A stretch of DNA of 47,598 bases from Batkoa obscura (Eukaryota): contig JASVEC010000119.1 of the NCBI GenBank assembly GCA_030770535.1, positions 1-47,598 of the forward strand, in the 5' to 3' direction. This document shows positions 23,757 through 36,964 of the stretch, one piece after another; position 1 is the first letter of the stretch; the number at the start of each line of letters is the position of its first letter. A model generated the notes under the pieces. It was not told the DNA's origin. It ran no database searches and saw nothing but the letters and a program-made list of their open reading frames with translations. A program made the translations under genes and the position numbers.

Positions 23757-25083
23757 ATGGTAATTTAACAAATAGACAACAAATATATAATTAAATAATG
23801 AATTTAGAGACCTATTCTTTTACAAGGGCATACTCGTCCACTTACACAAATCAAATACAATAGAGAGGGCGATTTACTCTTTACTGTCGCTAAGGACAAA
23901 GTAGCCAATGTGTGGTATGCACACAATGGAGAAAGGCTCGGAACTTATAATGGACATAATGGTTCTATATATACTATCGATGTGACAAGTAATACAAAAA
24001 TTGATATATTTTGATACAATATTAAATTGATTAGATGACACTACCTACTGTATTACAGGTTCTGGAGACAATACAGCCAAACTTTGGAAAGTAAGCGATG
24101 GAAAGTGTCTTTATACTTGGAATGAAAAGACAGCAGTTAAAAGATGTGAGTTTTCTTGCTCACAGGATAAAGTACTTTTTGTTACTGAGCAAAGAATGGG
24201 TTTCCCAGGTGGTGTTTCAATCTATAAGTTAGACTTTGAAAATCCTCAAAATAGTAATTAACTATCAGTTTTAAGTTATTTAAATTCTAAACGTTTTTGT
24301 TTAGCCTCACCTGTACCAATTAATGTAATTAAAAATGAGAAAGATTCTAAAAAGATTACAGTAGCCACTTGGGCTTGGTTCGATAAAAATCTTGTAGTAG
24401 GACACTTAGATGGCAGCGTTTCTTTAATTGATTGGGAGGTAAATTATTCTTTGTTTTAAAAAAAATAATTAATAGTTGTTAGACTGGAAAAGTGTTAAAC
24501 TCAATTAAACCACATGAAGAGCAAATCACTGATATTCAAATGTCAGAAGATAAGTCTTATTTTATTACAAGCTCAAAAGATAAAGAAGCTAAAGTAAGAA
24601 GATATTAAATTTGTTAACAATTAGTATTAATAAATATCAGATCTTTGAAACATCCACTTTAAAGATGTTAAAAAGTTATACTACAGACACTCCACTCAAT
24701 TCTGCCTCTATTACTCCAATTCAAGACTTTGTAAGTATAGATCAAAAGTAGTAAGTGAATTAATAAAATAACGCTATTGCTTTAGGTCATTGTTGGTGGT
24801 GGTCAAGAAGCTATGGATGTAACTACTACTTCTGCTAGAGCCGGTAAATTCGAGTGCCGATTCTACCATAAAATTTATAGTGAAGAAATGGGTAGACTTA
24901 AAGGCCATTTTGGACCTATCAATACCATTGCTGCTCAACCTACAGGAAAAGGGTAATTATGGATTTAAATAGTATCGCAATGATATTAAAGCTTAATTGT
25001 TATTTAGGTTTGCCAGTGGAGGAGAAGATGGTTATGTTCGACTTCATCAATTTGACAATGATTATTTTACTTTTAGAGTTTAA
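23757..25083 (+). CDS. TIF34: Translation initiation factor eIF3 subunit i (WD40), multi-exon and missing from the ORF track
   Basis: ATG, intron 23760-23807, then [89 protein letters not shown]. Confidence 0.97.
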
Positions 25084-25505
25084 TAATAGTTAAAGAATGG
25101 AGATAGAAAAAATGAATTAAAACAAAGTAATAGTATACTTTACCTCCCTTAAAATTAAGTTTGTATTATAAATGTTTAAAGATAATTCTAGAATTAAACA
25201 TTTTGTAATTTGGATATTTTAATGTATTTTCTTTAGTGTATTTTCTTTAATGTTTTATTATTTTGAATAAATATTTTATATAAATATAACAATGCTCATT
25301 ATATTTATTTTCTATTTACATAATCGGAAACACTATGATTAGTTAGAAGGTATATATGGTAAATCGTACCAAATGTCTATATACTTTATTAATATTTAAG
25401 TATAAACCATGAGATTTAGATGATAAGTATTTATATGACCTTATGATAGTTATTAAAATAATTCAACTAAAAAGTAGACAATAGTTAATATGATAACAAA
25501 CATAT

Positions 25506-25604
25506 GGGGATGTATTTTTTTGTCTGAGAACTTTACTAACAATCTTTCTGCTCAAATAGCGCTTAAAAAATGGAGAAAGTAATGAAACCAAAAAAAACAT
25601 CCCC
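25506..25604 (+). mobile_element. 99-bp MITE upstream of the ABCG gene
   Basis: GGGGATGT..ACATCCCC ends, TSD ATAT. Confidence 0.95.
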
Positions 25605-25811
25605 ATATCTTCCATTTATTTATAATTACTAAAAAAGGCGCTTCACTTACCTTCCATCACTCAATCAATTGGACATAGAATAAATTTAACCAATAGTAAG
25701 TTTCAACATTGTCATAAATAGCATTTTTAAATTTCGGTTGAGGTAACACTTTTTAATACTAATTAACTGTACAAACTGCGAGTGAGCTTTTTCAAAGCTA
25801 AAAGTATTAGA

Positions 25812-28800
25812 ATGAAGGTTGTAACTACAGTGCTAATCATCTGTTTATTATTGCTCAATTTATTTGGAATATATGCAAGCTTAAATCAAGGTGGTGACAA
25901 TAAAGATGTTTTAATAAATGGCATAAAGGAAAAAAATAAGGAAGAGGCTCCAAAGATAATAGTGCCAAGGTCTAACAATAAGGTTCAAAGTAATAATGGA
26001 AATAGCTTAAATTCAAACAGCGAAGAATCGGAGGAAGATGAAGATATTGACCTTGTAGAGGAGTTTAAAGGATTGTTTTCGGATTTATTTAAAAATAAAA
26101 AAGTTCAAGATGTCAAGAAAAATTTTTTTGAAGAACAAAAAGAGGAAAAAAAGGGAGATAATGAAAGCCAGGAAGATTTCAAATTAAAAGGTTTGTTTGA
26201 TAAAGCAAAGTCACTGTTTGATGAAAGTGAGGATGATAAAGATAAAAAGGAGGATTTTAAGCTAAAGGATTTAGTCGATATGGCAAAATTAGTTTTGGAT
26301 GATGGTGAAGATAACGAAAGGAAAGATAAAGGAGATCTTTATTTGAAAAGCCTTTTTAATGTAGCTAAGTCAGTTTTAGATGACGATGAAGATAAAAGTG
26401 AGAAAGATCAAGAAGATTTCAGCCTCAAAAATTTATTTAGTATGGCAAAATTAGTTTTGGACGAAGATGAAGTCGAATCTAATGATAACAAACTAGAAGG
26501 CCTGAGTAATGAGCAACTTAGTTCTTTACTTTTTAAAAAGTTAAAAGAAAAGGTTAAAAAATTAGACTTGGATGGTAAAGATCCAAACAATACCAATAAA
26601 AATGAAGATAACAAAGCTAAAAATAGTATGGGAGGTAAAAATGAAGATCATATAGAAGATCCTATAGTTAAAAGCAGTAGTGATGGATCTGATCTGATAA
26701 ACGACGACTCTAGACTAGAAATAAATTCAAAGAAAATAACGACAGAAGCACAAATATCAAAAAAAGATGATTTAGAAAACCTTTTAAAAAAGTTTAAAAA
26801 CTTACATAGTTCACACTCAAAAACACCAAAACCAGAGCCTAATGCAAATCTTGCTAATGAAAAAGTAAATGATGGGACAAGTCTAAATGAAGAGGAGGAT
26901 CCCGGAGACTCAGATCAAAATACTGATGAAGATTTAATTGAAGAGTTAAAATATCTATTCACCAATAGTTCCCTACATAAAAAAGCAGGGGATTTAAAAG
27001 ATCAATATGTTTTAGCGCCTTGGAAAAGGTACAAAAAGATGATTGATGAAGTGGCAGTTGCAGTCAATGAAGCCTATAGTGAAATTGAAGAAGAGGAAGG
27101 AGAACTAGAGAGGGATAGACCAGAAGTCAAAGCAGATCTAAAAGCTCAAGCTCAAGCATTGTTCAATGTACCTATCAGCCAAAGTGATTTAGAGGGTTTG
27201 TATAATGTACAGAACGATGATACAAATGTAAATCCAGAACTAGGCCCAGACTCTGGTTCCTCAGCTGCTATGCTATCCGGAGTGTCACTTTCTGATGTGA
27301 TAATCGTTGAAAGATGTGAAGGTACATCGCCTCATATAAATAGCAATTGCTTTTGTACTAGGGTAAAACAATGGTCATGCCCAGCGGGGCATTTTTGCAT
27401 GGCACCTAATTTTGTGCAAAAATGCACAAAAGGATTTTATTGTCCGGCTGATACTTTTCAACCCTCCTTTTGTTGTGGCGGATATTATTGTCCAACCCCC
27501 AAAGAGATCAAATTATGCCCAAAAGGTCATTTTTGTCAGGAAGGCTCCATCGAGAAACGTAAATGTTACTTTGGTAAATGCCCAGAAGGATCAAAAACCA
27601 TTAGAAAGTACGAAATTTTTATCTTTTTTATCTTTTTCTTAGTGGTCGTTTGGATCGGATATTCGCTAAAAGAAAGGCAGTTGAAGTTTAAACGACTAGA
27701 GTATGATAGGAAGTTTGAGAACATTAGTAAAAATTCAAAAAGCATGCAGGTGTTCCAAAACTCTCCCGGTTTGAAAGTAGCAAAAGAAAAGGACTCAGTT
27801 CGATTTGAAATTAATTTTGAAAATTTAGGATTAAAGCTTCCTAATGGGATTGAAATTATGAAGGTAATTTTTATCATATTTATTTGTTATTTCGTAACTT
27901 TAGTTTTAGGGAGTAACTGGAAAATTAAGCTCTGGAAGGACATGTGCTATTATGGGTCCATCAGGTGCTGGTAAAACAACGTTTATTTCTTTGCTCACTG
28001 GAAAGGCCAAAAAAACAGAGGGCAAAATATTTATAAATGGAGAAGAAAAGAGTTTAGCTGCTTATCGTAAGCTTATTGGATTTGTACCTCAGGAAGATAT
28101 AATGTTACGTAAATTGAATGCAGAAGAGATCCTTACACATTCAGCTATGGTACGCCTACCAGCAGAATTAAGTGATGAGGAAAAGCATAATAAAGTATTA
28201 GAATATATTGAATATTTAGGGTTAAGACATGTTATGCATACGATTATTGGTGACGAGGAAGATAGAGGAATATCAGGCGGTCAAAGGAAGAGAGTGAATA
28301 TTGGAATGGAGTTGGTAGCTGACCCTGCCATTTTGTTTTTAGATGAGCCTACTTCTGGGCTTGATTCTTCCACTTCGGTCGAAGTATGTTCCCTATTAAA
28401 AAATATAGCTAGGGATAAGGGCTTGACTATTGCTGCAGTTATTCACTCTCCTTCACCTATTGCGTTTAACGAGTTTGACGATTTGTTACTTTTAGGTAAA
28501 GGTGGGAGAGTTATTTATCATGGAGCTATTATAGATGCAATAGATTATTTCGATTCAATAGGTTTTACTTGTCCTCCTTATTCCTCTCCATCTGACTACT
28601 ATATGGATGTGGCTACAGGAAAGATAATAAACTCCAAGATTGATGATTTTTCAATAACAGATCTTTATAGTCTATGGGAAGATTATGAACAAAGTAGAAA
28701 TGAAGGAGTGCCTTTTACTATTAAAAAAATGATAGAAATGAATCAAAAACTTTCCAATAATTACGGAGAAAACCATGAAGCATTATTTTCGCCTCTGGGA

Positions 28801-29952
28801 TCATCTATTTCAAGTGAGGATAGTTTAGTTAATATTAATGAATCTTATTTCAATGATACAAATGGGAAAGATAAAGAAGTTACATGTATGCAATCAACTT
28901 GTGAACCGGGATGGAGGTTGTTTTTGACAAATGTGATTTCCCCAGTATTACAGTATTTGGCTTTATTGTTTTTGGATATCCTAAGTTGGATAACTTCCGT
29001 TTTAACAGAGTTGGTTGAAACTATACTATCCCTTTATCAAACACTTAGAAATGGAGAAAAGGACCCAGTAAGAAACACTCCAGGATTTTTCAAAGTATTT
29101 GTATTGTGTTTAAACAGAGCTTTTATACAAATATTCCGACCTCCTCTTGGCTTTGTTTCGGATCAATTATTGCATTTTGGATGTGGTTTGTTTATTTCTA
29201 TTGCTGCTCAAAATTCAGTCTTTTTAGGTCCTTTACCGGATGTCATTTGCAATGTTACTGCTCTAATGTTACTTCCAAAATGTAAACGTCCAGTTATTGA
29301 CCAAGCTGCCCACATTGGTACTTTTCTTTCATGGGGTATTGGGTTTGCTGGCATTTCTGTTGGATCGGGGACATTTGGTAATGAGCGTACAGTGTATTGG
29401 AGAGAAGCCTCCTCGGGAATACCTACCTTTCCTTATTTTATAGCAAAATCACTTTCAGATATACCTAGAATACTCATTGCTTCTTTAATGTTTACATGTT
29501 CACTAATTGCAGTGTACCCCAACTCAAGTGATTTTTCACAGTTGCTTTGGATCGTAACTGCCTTATACTATTGGGGATTTTCAACGGGATACTTTATTTC
29601 TGCTTTAGTACGCAAGGAAAAAGCATCATTGGTGGGTGTAGTCGTAGCACTGTTTTGGGCGATTGCTTTTTCAGGAGTACAACCTACTTTACGACAAGTA
29701 CAAACTGAGTGGGGTCCAAATATCTTTTGGCTATTCAATTTTTCAGCGCCTCGATGGGCAATCGCTGCTTTTTATATAGTAGAAACAGAAGCAAAAGGGT
29801 ACATGGATCCAGAGAAAATCGGACAGAAATGGTTTGGGTATAGTGGGGATAGCTATGCTGGTAATCTGTTAATAGTGTTAGCCATTGGGTTTGTGTGGCA
29901 ACTGTTTGCCTTTTTGGCATTTAAGTTGGCGAATAGGGAAAAGATGCAGTAA
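25812..29952 (+). CDS. ABCG-family half transporter with signal peptide, acidic extension and Cys-rich ectodomain (~1,364 aa)
   Basis: The two long ORFs are joined by a 46-bp intron (27864-27909). Walker A GPSGAGKTT, signature ISGGQRKR, Walker B LFLDEPTSGLD, H-loop VIHSP and a C-terminal TMD are present. Upstream are CPAGHFC/CTKGFYCP/CPKGHFC repeats and one TM. Confidence 0.94.
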
Positions 29953-30144
29953 ATAGTAAATAGCAAAGTTTTTAAGCAAATGTGGTGTTTATAAAAATCC
30001 ACTTTAACTTGAGAAATATCTAACTAGTTAATCTTTTTTATTATTAAATTTACACAAATTATTAACTTTTTATTATTTAATAAACTTAGAATAAAAATCC
30101 AATCATGCTATAAAAATAACTAATTTATAAAATTGACTTTTAAT

Positions 30145-32370
30145 CTAATTGTTGACGTCTTCTTGAGACATTAAAATTGCTAGTTTTAAAGCTTCTTCTT
30201 CACTCAAATCCAAAGCTTCAAACTCTTGTTCTAAGTTTAAGTTATTTGGCACTACACTAGGGGAGTTTTGGCTTGATAAAAATAAAGCGTATTCTAACAT
30301 CTCTTCTTCTGATAATGGAAGGTCTTGTAATTTCTTGACTTGATCATAAATCATGTCTTGGTGGTGTTTATCTTTTCTATGATCTCTTATAGACTCTTTA
30401 ATATCATAATGAGTAGAACCTAGGAACGAGAGTTAAATTTGTTAATAAAAGTGAGTAAAGTGGTATTACCTTTTGGTCCCGCTTTGGATAGTGGCTTTGA
30501 TCTATTGGCTGATAGTTGAGCTAAAACAAAATAAAAAATTAAGCTTATAATAATATAAATAACCTACTCAAGTGATTTCCAAAATGGAAAATAAAAATGT
30601 TTCCATGAATGGCAAAAATGACTTTAGTTGAATATAATTTTATAATTGTCACCTTGTAATTAACAATATCCAGGGGATGGTATCGTTTGTTTATAAAATT
30701 CCTATTTCAAATTTTAAACAAACTATGAGTATTACTATTGAAATAAAGCAAATTACCATAGTTTTATTTTACGAATTAGCCTCTTTGATGTGATATCCCA
30801 AATGTACATTAAAGCTAAACTTCCACTTTATATATAATTTAGTTTTATCTCTTATAGTTCAATTGTCTTACTCAAATCCAACAACTTTAACCGCGTCAAA
30901 TAGTACAGCATTTAAACTAGTAATAGAAGACGTACCTCGACTATGCCTTGGTTTATATGTTCTATTATAGTATTAAAAAAATAAGCTCAAAGTTGGAACT
31001 TTAATATCTACCTTGATTCTTCCATATCTACTATATTAAACATAGTGACCCCATTATCTCCTCTTCCAACAGCCAGTAAATCTGGGAACAAACTATTTGT
31101 ATTGCAACAAACAGCTTTAAATTGGAATTCATATCTTACCATAGCTAACGATACTATATTTAATTTAATGAGTTGATTTGTTGTACATATTAGTAAAGTT
31201 TCTTCGTCAAAGATCATCATCCCTAGCACAGGAGTGCCCAAGGTGGTCCTATGATAAGGGAGGAGCTTTTGTACCGGTTCTGTATGGTGCCATAAATAAA
31301 TCTCGTTGAGGTTATCTAATGCTATGGTATACTTTCCGCTTTGTAGTAAGCTAATGATGTTATTTTTAAGTCCTACAAATATTAAATTTTGCTGTAATAA
31401 ATATAATATAATAAAATATACCATTCAAGTTACACAACTTTGTTTTTGTTGTTAAGTCCCATTTTATAACTGACCCATCGATGGAACCACTTAGTAGAAT
31501 TATTTCGGTTCCTTTGCTATAAGATGTTAATGTAGTAACAGCAGATACATGGGAGCCAACTAATGGAAATAAATTGGTGTTGCCGCTCTCATAAAAATTG
31601 AAGGCCACTTCTCCAGACTCATAGCCTAGCATTATGATATCTCTGGAAATTCAACATATGTAATTTCTTTTAAAAATGAACTTACTTTGCTAGGTTTAAA
31701 CAAGTAGTTGTTCTCCTATTCGAACCAAAAGTCAGCTGCTTGATAAATTTACCAGTTTTTATGTCTATCAAGCTACTTGTGCCTAATTAATTTATAAATA
31801 AAAAGCAGTAATATAAACTTGTTATTTGATTTACCCTCAGATTGGTTACCGACTAGCATAGACTTTGGGTCGACTTCGGTTGGGATCAATTCCAAGTTAG
31901 TTATAAAATCCATCCTACTTCCAATCCTATCCGCCATACAACGATCATATTCCAAACTCCTATCCAATTTTTAATTATTGTTACCATTAATTTCATTTCA
32001 CTTACCTAATCATTTTAACCCTCTTAATAAACTCATATTTCCATGTTTCTGCAACTCTACTAATAACCAGTTAGTTGAAATAATTTAATACTAAAAGTAA
32101 TTACTATATTGGTAAACTTCCAAAGTTTTTGATAAAAGCTACTTGCCATACATAATCATCTTCCATCAGCTGGTTCCAAAATTTACACACTTGGGTTGCT
32201 ACGCTCTAAACCTTAGATTAAATTACGTTTCAATTATTGAAAAAGAAGCTTACCAATTCCTTTGGACTTAAAAATGAAAAGATATAAGCAAACAAGACGT
32301 TGGGTAACTTTTCGTTAATCTGATTTGGCACTTTTGGTGGCTTTAATCTGATTCCTTTGATTTTTTTCAT
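30145..32370 (-). CDS. F-box/WD40 protein with two C-terminal UIMs (Pof10-like architecture), multi-exon
   Basis: F-box LPNVLFAYIFSFLSPKEL..QVCKFWNQLMEDDYVW, WD repeat HVSAVTTL..LLSGSIDGSVIKWDL, UIMs LSEEEMLEYALFLS and LSEEEALKLAILMS. Confidence 0.85.
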
Positions 32371-32749
32371 TGTTGAATGATTTAATAAAAAACAGAGCTT
32401 TAATTTTGAGTTTTTTTAGTGACTTCAAGCTTATAAATATACATAGTTGACTAATTTTTTATTTTGCTGCGTGATATTATTTAGAAATCTATTTTTAAAA
32501 TACCAAAGACTAAGCTTCATACATATTAATAGTTAGGATCAAAGTTGCAACAAATTAAATTTTTAGTATTAAGTAGATTTGGTTACTTTATCAATCTTTG
32601 GTCATCTATTGGGGTACATTATATAGGATGCTATAAGCTCTGTCACAGTGATTTCCAATTGCTAAAAATATTTCTATAAAATTTCCTTTTTAATTGGCAA
32701 TTAATTTTAAATCCTTTTTAGTCCCAAAAAAACAAGTTTTCTTTTTTTA

Positions 32750-34109
32750 ATGAATGAACCTAAACCAATAACCAAGGGAAACTTGGGTGGGAATGGCGCT
32801 AAGCCAAGGAAGAAGCCAAGGGGCAAAAAAGGAAAAAGAGAAAAGGTGTTTCGAGATATTAATTTAGATAAAGAGTTGGAGGGTATAGAAAGCTTGAAAT
32901 TAAAATTGGTTGTTCGTCACTTACCTCCAACTTTACCACAAGCAATTTTCGAGCAAAGTATCAAGCAATGGTATACTGAAGAAAGAATCGGTTATTTTAA
33001 ATATTTTCCAGGGAAGGTCTATCAAAAGTAAGTTTCATATATTTATATGATTTTGATTTTGATCTTGATTTTGATTGCGTTTTAAGTTTCAACAAAAAGA
33101 ATACTAGCTCAAGAGCTTATATAAAGTTTAATGCTATAGAATTCTTGATTGAATTTTATAAATCCTACAATGGTCATAAATTTATCGATAGTAAAGGTAA
33201 GCAGTTTCTTTTACAAAGCTCCACTCTTATTAATTACTTTAGGTACTGAAAGCATTGCTTTAGTCGATTATGCTTTAAATCAAAAAGCCCCAAAGAATAT
33301 TCGAGAAGATAATAAAGTTGGCACCATTGAAACGGGTAATAAATTTTATACAACTTTAACTGTACATTTAAAGTCAATATTTAAGATCCGGAATACATTC
33401 GATTTTTAAACAAGCTAGAAAATAATGAAGACGAGGTTGAAGACACTAAGGCTAATGAAACTAGCCAAACCAACCCACAAGGTAAATAGTCGTAATAGTT
33501 AGAGTATATGCTAATAAAGTAGAAATTAAAGATGAAAAGGTGACTCCATTAATTGAGTACTTGAGATCAAAGACTGCTAGGTTTGATTCGCGCAAAAAAA
33601 ATCGTAATAAAGAAAACGAAGGTCAGAATGGGTCTAAGAATAATAGTAGCGGTAAAGAAAAAAACGGGTCAAATAAAGAAAAAATGACAAAGAAAAATAA
33701 AGAAGGGAATAAAGAACGTTTTAAAGGTAAACCCAATTCTGCAAAAAAGAAGTCTGAGCCATTTGGCAATAAACCAGTCCAAATATTAAAGGCTGTAAAA
33801 CCAAATCCCACTGAACATGAAGAGAAGCCAGGAAAGCCAAATAACACCTCTAATAATGGACCTAAGCCAAGTAATGCTTACAGCAACGTGCCTAAGCTAC
33901 ATAATACTTCTAATAATGGATCTAAGCCTAAGGAGAGTATTAATAACGGATCTAAGCCTAAAGAGGGCCTTAAAAACAAAGGAGAAACAAGCACTCCTCG
34001 TAAAGTATTCCTTGTGGAGAATGGCAAAATTGCGCCGGATGGTGGTAGTTCAAATAATAACCGATTTAAAGGTCAGCGTCATTATCGTAAACCCGAGAAT
34101 AAGACTTGA
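32750..34109 (+). CDS. UPF3: Nonsense-mediated decay factor UPF3 (Smg4/UPF3 domain), multi-exon
   Basis: LKLVVRHLPPTL..YFPGKV..SRAYIKF..YNGHKFIDSKG..VDYALNQKAP..GTIETDPEY..FL..TPLIEYLRSK, followed by a basic low-complexity tail. Confidence 0.93.
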
Positions 34110-34711
34110 AATATCTATAGTATATTGTGATTCTTTATATTCAAATTGAAATGGATGCCAATTATAAAAAGTTTGAGTAGGTTGAGGTTCTGCTTAAAAT
34201 AGATTGAGAGGACTTCAACTTTAATTAAGCTTTAAATTAAGTATAGTAGATTTGACTTTGGTTTATTAAAGTTAGTATTATATATCATTAGGATGCTTTG
34301 GTTTTTAAATTTTAAAATTAAGTTTTAAGTTTTTATTAATATAATATCTATAATCATTTGGTGGCTTCCATGAACTTGCTTTGAAAAAGGAGTTTTATCT
34401 TAATCTGATAATAATTTTTACTAAAAATAGTTTATTCAGAAACGTTTGCTTAAAATCATCCCCAACAAGTGGGTAGATCACATTTATCGGGTAAAGTTGA
34501 TATGCTCTTTATGCTAGAAATAACAGTCAACACAGGAAATTTTAAACTGTTAGCAATTTTAAAAAGTAATCCAATTTTAAACATGATATATTTTGTGTAG
34601 TTAAATATAATTTTATTGATTATAGGCAAGCAAAAAGAGTTAATCATATTCGAAAATGGGTCTTATATTGACCCTAAGGTAATTTGTAAATTGAAATAGC
34701 TATAAGCATAT

Positions 34712-34810
34712 GGGAGTGTTTTTTTTGATTTCATTATTTTTTCCATTTTTAAAGCACTATTTGAGTGGAAAGATTGTTAGTAAAATTCTTAAACACAAAA
34801 AAACACCCCC
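34712..34810 (-). mobile_element. 99-bp MITE
   Basis: Family match, TSD ATAT. Confidence 0.93.
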
Positions 34811-36039
34811 ATATGATAGTTCAACTTTTTGATACATATTATAGTTGGCAAAATTTTATGAACACCAAGCCGTAAGAAAAATCCTTGTAAAGTTAGCAAT
34901 AGTTCTCAAAAATAGACATGTATTTAGACTGGCTTTGTTCAGATATATTGGGATCCCCTGTTTAACTTGATAAAAGAATGATAACAAATCACAAATGAGC
35001 TAGCTTTCAATATAACTCATTCGAAAACCTTAGTTAATTTATAGTGTGAATTTGTTTAAATATACCAATTCTGTAGAAACAGGCAGTGAATTTGTTTCAT
35101 GTAGAAGAAAATCCAAATGTGTTTAGAGAAAATCTATAGAGTATTGGGTTGGATTCCTCGAAGAGATTTTAGGTTGTGTACCATTACTGCAATTTAAAAT
35201 CATTCCTTAGAGTATCAAGTAATCCATCATCCATTTGTGTGATACACACCCTGTTAAAATATTTCTCATACTTTTAAATAAGTGAACTACTCTAACATAA
35301 CTTAAGGAAGAATCAATTAAACAATATTTTTTCTACTAGCAAATTTGACTTCTCAAAAAAAACTCACTGCTAAATTAGTGAATAAAAATCAAAGACAGAT
35401 TAGTTCATATTATGTATAGGTTTTCACAAAAAACTAAATAGATAAGTTTCTAAAATATTATAGTATTATAACAGAAATGATAGCATAAATTTACAGTATT
35501 AATTTAAATTATTTAACCCTGTTTAATTGATAACTTTTTGAGTTATGATAAAACTAATCGTTTGGGATAATATGCAAACCATTTTGTTTAGTAGTGCATG
35601 TAAGGATCCTATTCTCATCTGATTAAAAATCACAATTTTTAATGATAGCAAGGTAGTAAATGCTCAGGTATTAAGGTTTATTTGAAGATTAAAAATTATG
35701 ATTAGTTTGGTTAAGTATGAATAGTTAAAATTTATCAAATTGGTTGACATAATCAATGGAAATTGACAAATATATAATTTGGAAAATATAGGATATAGTT
35801 TGACGTATTAATATTACACTCGGTATTATTATACCCACTGTTACTACATATATAGAAGAAAGAAAATCTATTAATGGTACTATTGTTATCTAAAACTGAG
35901 CAGCTATTTGCTAATAGATCGTGGCAGAGTGTAAAAAGTATATTCAAACCATCATCAAATTCTATTTGAAAGTCAGAAATGATACAAAAATTATCTAGTA
36001 CATTGCTTTTCATAACACCATCGCATAGCAACAGTTGGA

Positions 36040-36490
36040 TGTAAGCATCTTCACCAACTAAATTATTGTACCCAATAGTTTGAGGATTTGAATTATACTT
36101 TTTAAAAAAATATCTCCAAAAGTTCTACTATTACGTTTATTAAATTTAATCGTTTAGTCGACTCGTATGCTTTTGGCAGCATATTGTCACGAGCTAAAAT
36201 TGGCCTTAATTCCAGTCTTTTAGCTATACTTTTTACTTGAGTAGACTATAAAAACAGATGGTTTTCTAACATATTATGTCCATATAGATAATCATATCCT
36301 TTTCCTACCATATCAAATTGAAGAACCTTATCACTTTGACTAATTATTTTACTTACCATGCTTTTCATAATTCCAAATAGATTAGCTATCTTTTGATAGG
36401 GAAAATCTCACTCTCATATATAAATCACCTCCTTTTTATACTCCAAGTTTGTATAAGCACTAGTTCTTTTGTTTTCCTTTATTAATATTT
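36040..36490 (-). pseudogene. Decayed CENP-B/pogo(Tc5)-type HTH remnant
   Basis: Manual minus-strand translation: KRTSAYTNLEYKKEVIYI*E*DFPYQKIANLFGIMKSMVSKIISQSDKVL (psq-type HTH), then MLENHLFL*, MLPKAYESTKRLNL and FWRYFFKKYN..VGE across frameshifts. No DDE domain recognised. Confidence 0.55.
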
Positions 36491-36868
36491 GAAAGTGTCT
36501 GTATAGTTTTTGTAAAAAATGATGAATTAATCTTTGCTTTTATACATGATCAAGCTTCTGGCTGTTCTATGTTTATATTAAAATAGTGAATTTTAATTTC
36601 AAAACATCATAAACTCAAAAATATTCTTAAATTTTAATGAAATAAATACCAAAGGTAAGAAAAATCTAATGAATATAATAAATACTTAAAGTAACAAGTT
36701 ATGTAATTGTACAATTATTTAACATCGCCAACTATAAACAGAAATTGCTAAAAAGACCATAAACTTTAATATTATATCCGGCTTTATAAAAGTCTTGTAT
36801 CATTTATTTGATTAGTCTAGATGTGACTATTACAATGTAACACAAAAACTGCTAATTCTGTATTATAT

Positions 36869-36964
36869 GAGGATGGATTTTGTCTAAAAATTTTACTAAC
36901 AATTATTCTACTCAAATAGCATTAAACAATGAAAAAAGTGATGAAACCATAAAAACGCCCCCCT
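36869..36964 (+). mobile_element. ~99-bp MITE (diverged)
   Basis: Family match, ATAT flanks. Confidence 0.85.

Noticed and set aside
25782..29952. Programmed frameshift between the overlapping ORFs 25782-27974 and 27952-29952
   Set aside because: It is explained by a canonical 46-bp intron (27864-27909) that restores MK/GVTGKL..GPSGAGKT.
34400..35400. Slightly GC-richer patch that may be a decayed gene, including ORF 34456-34647
   Set aside because: No family motif was recognisable in the frames I read.
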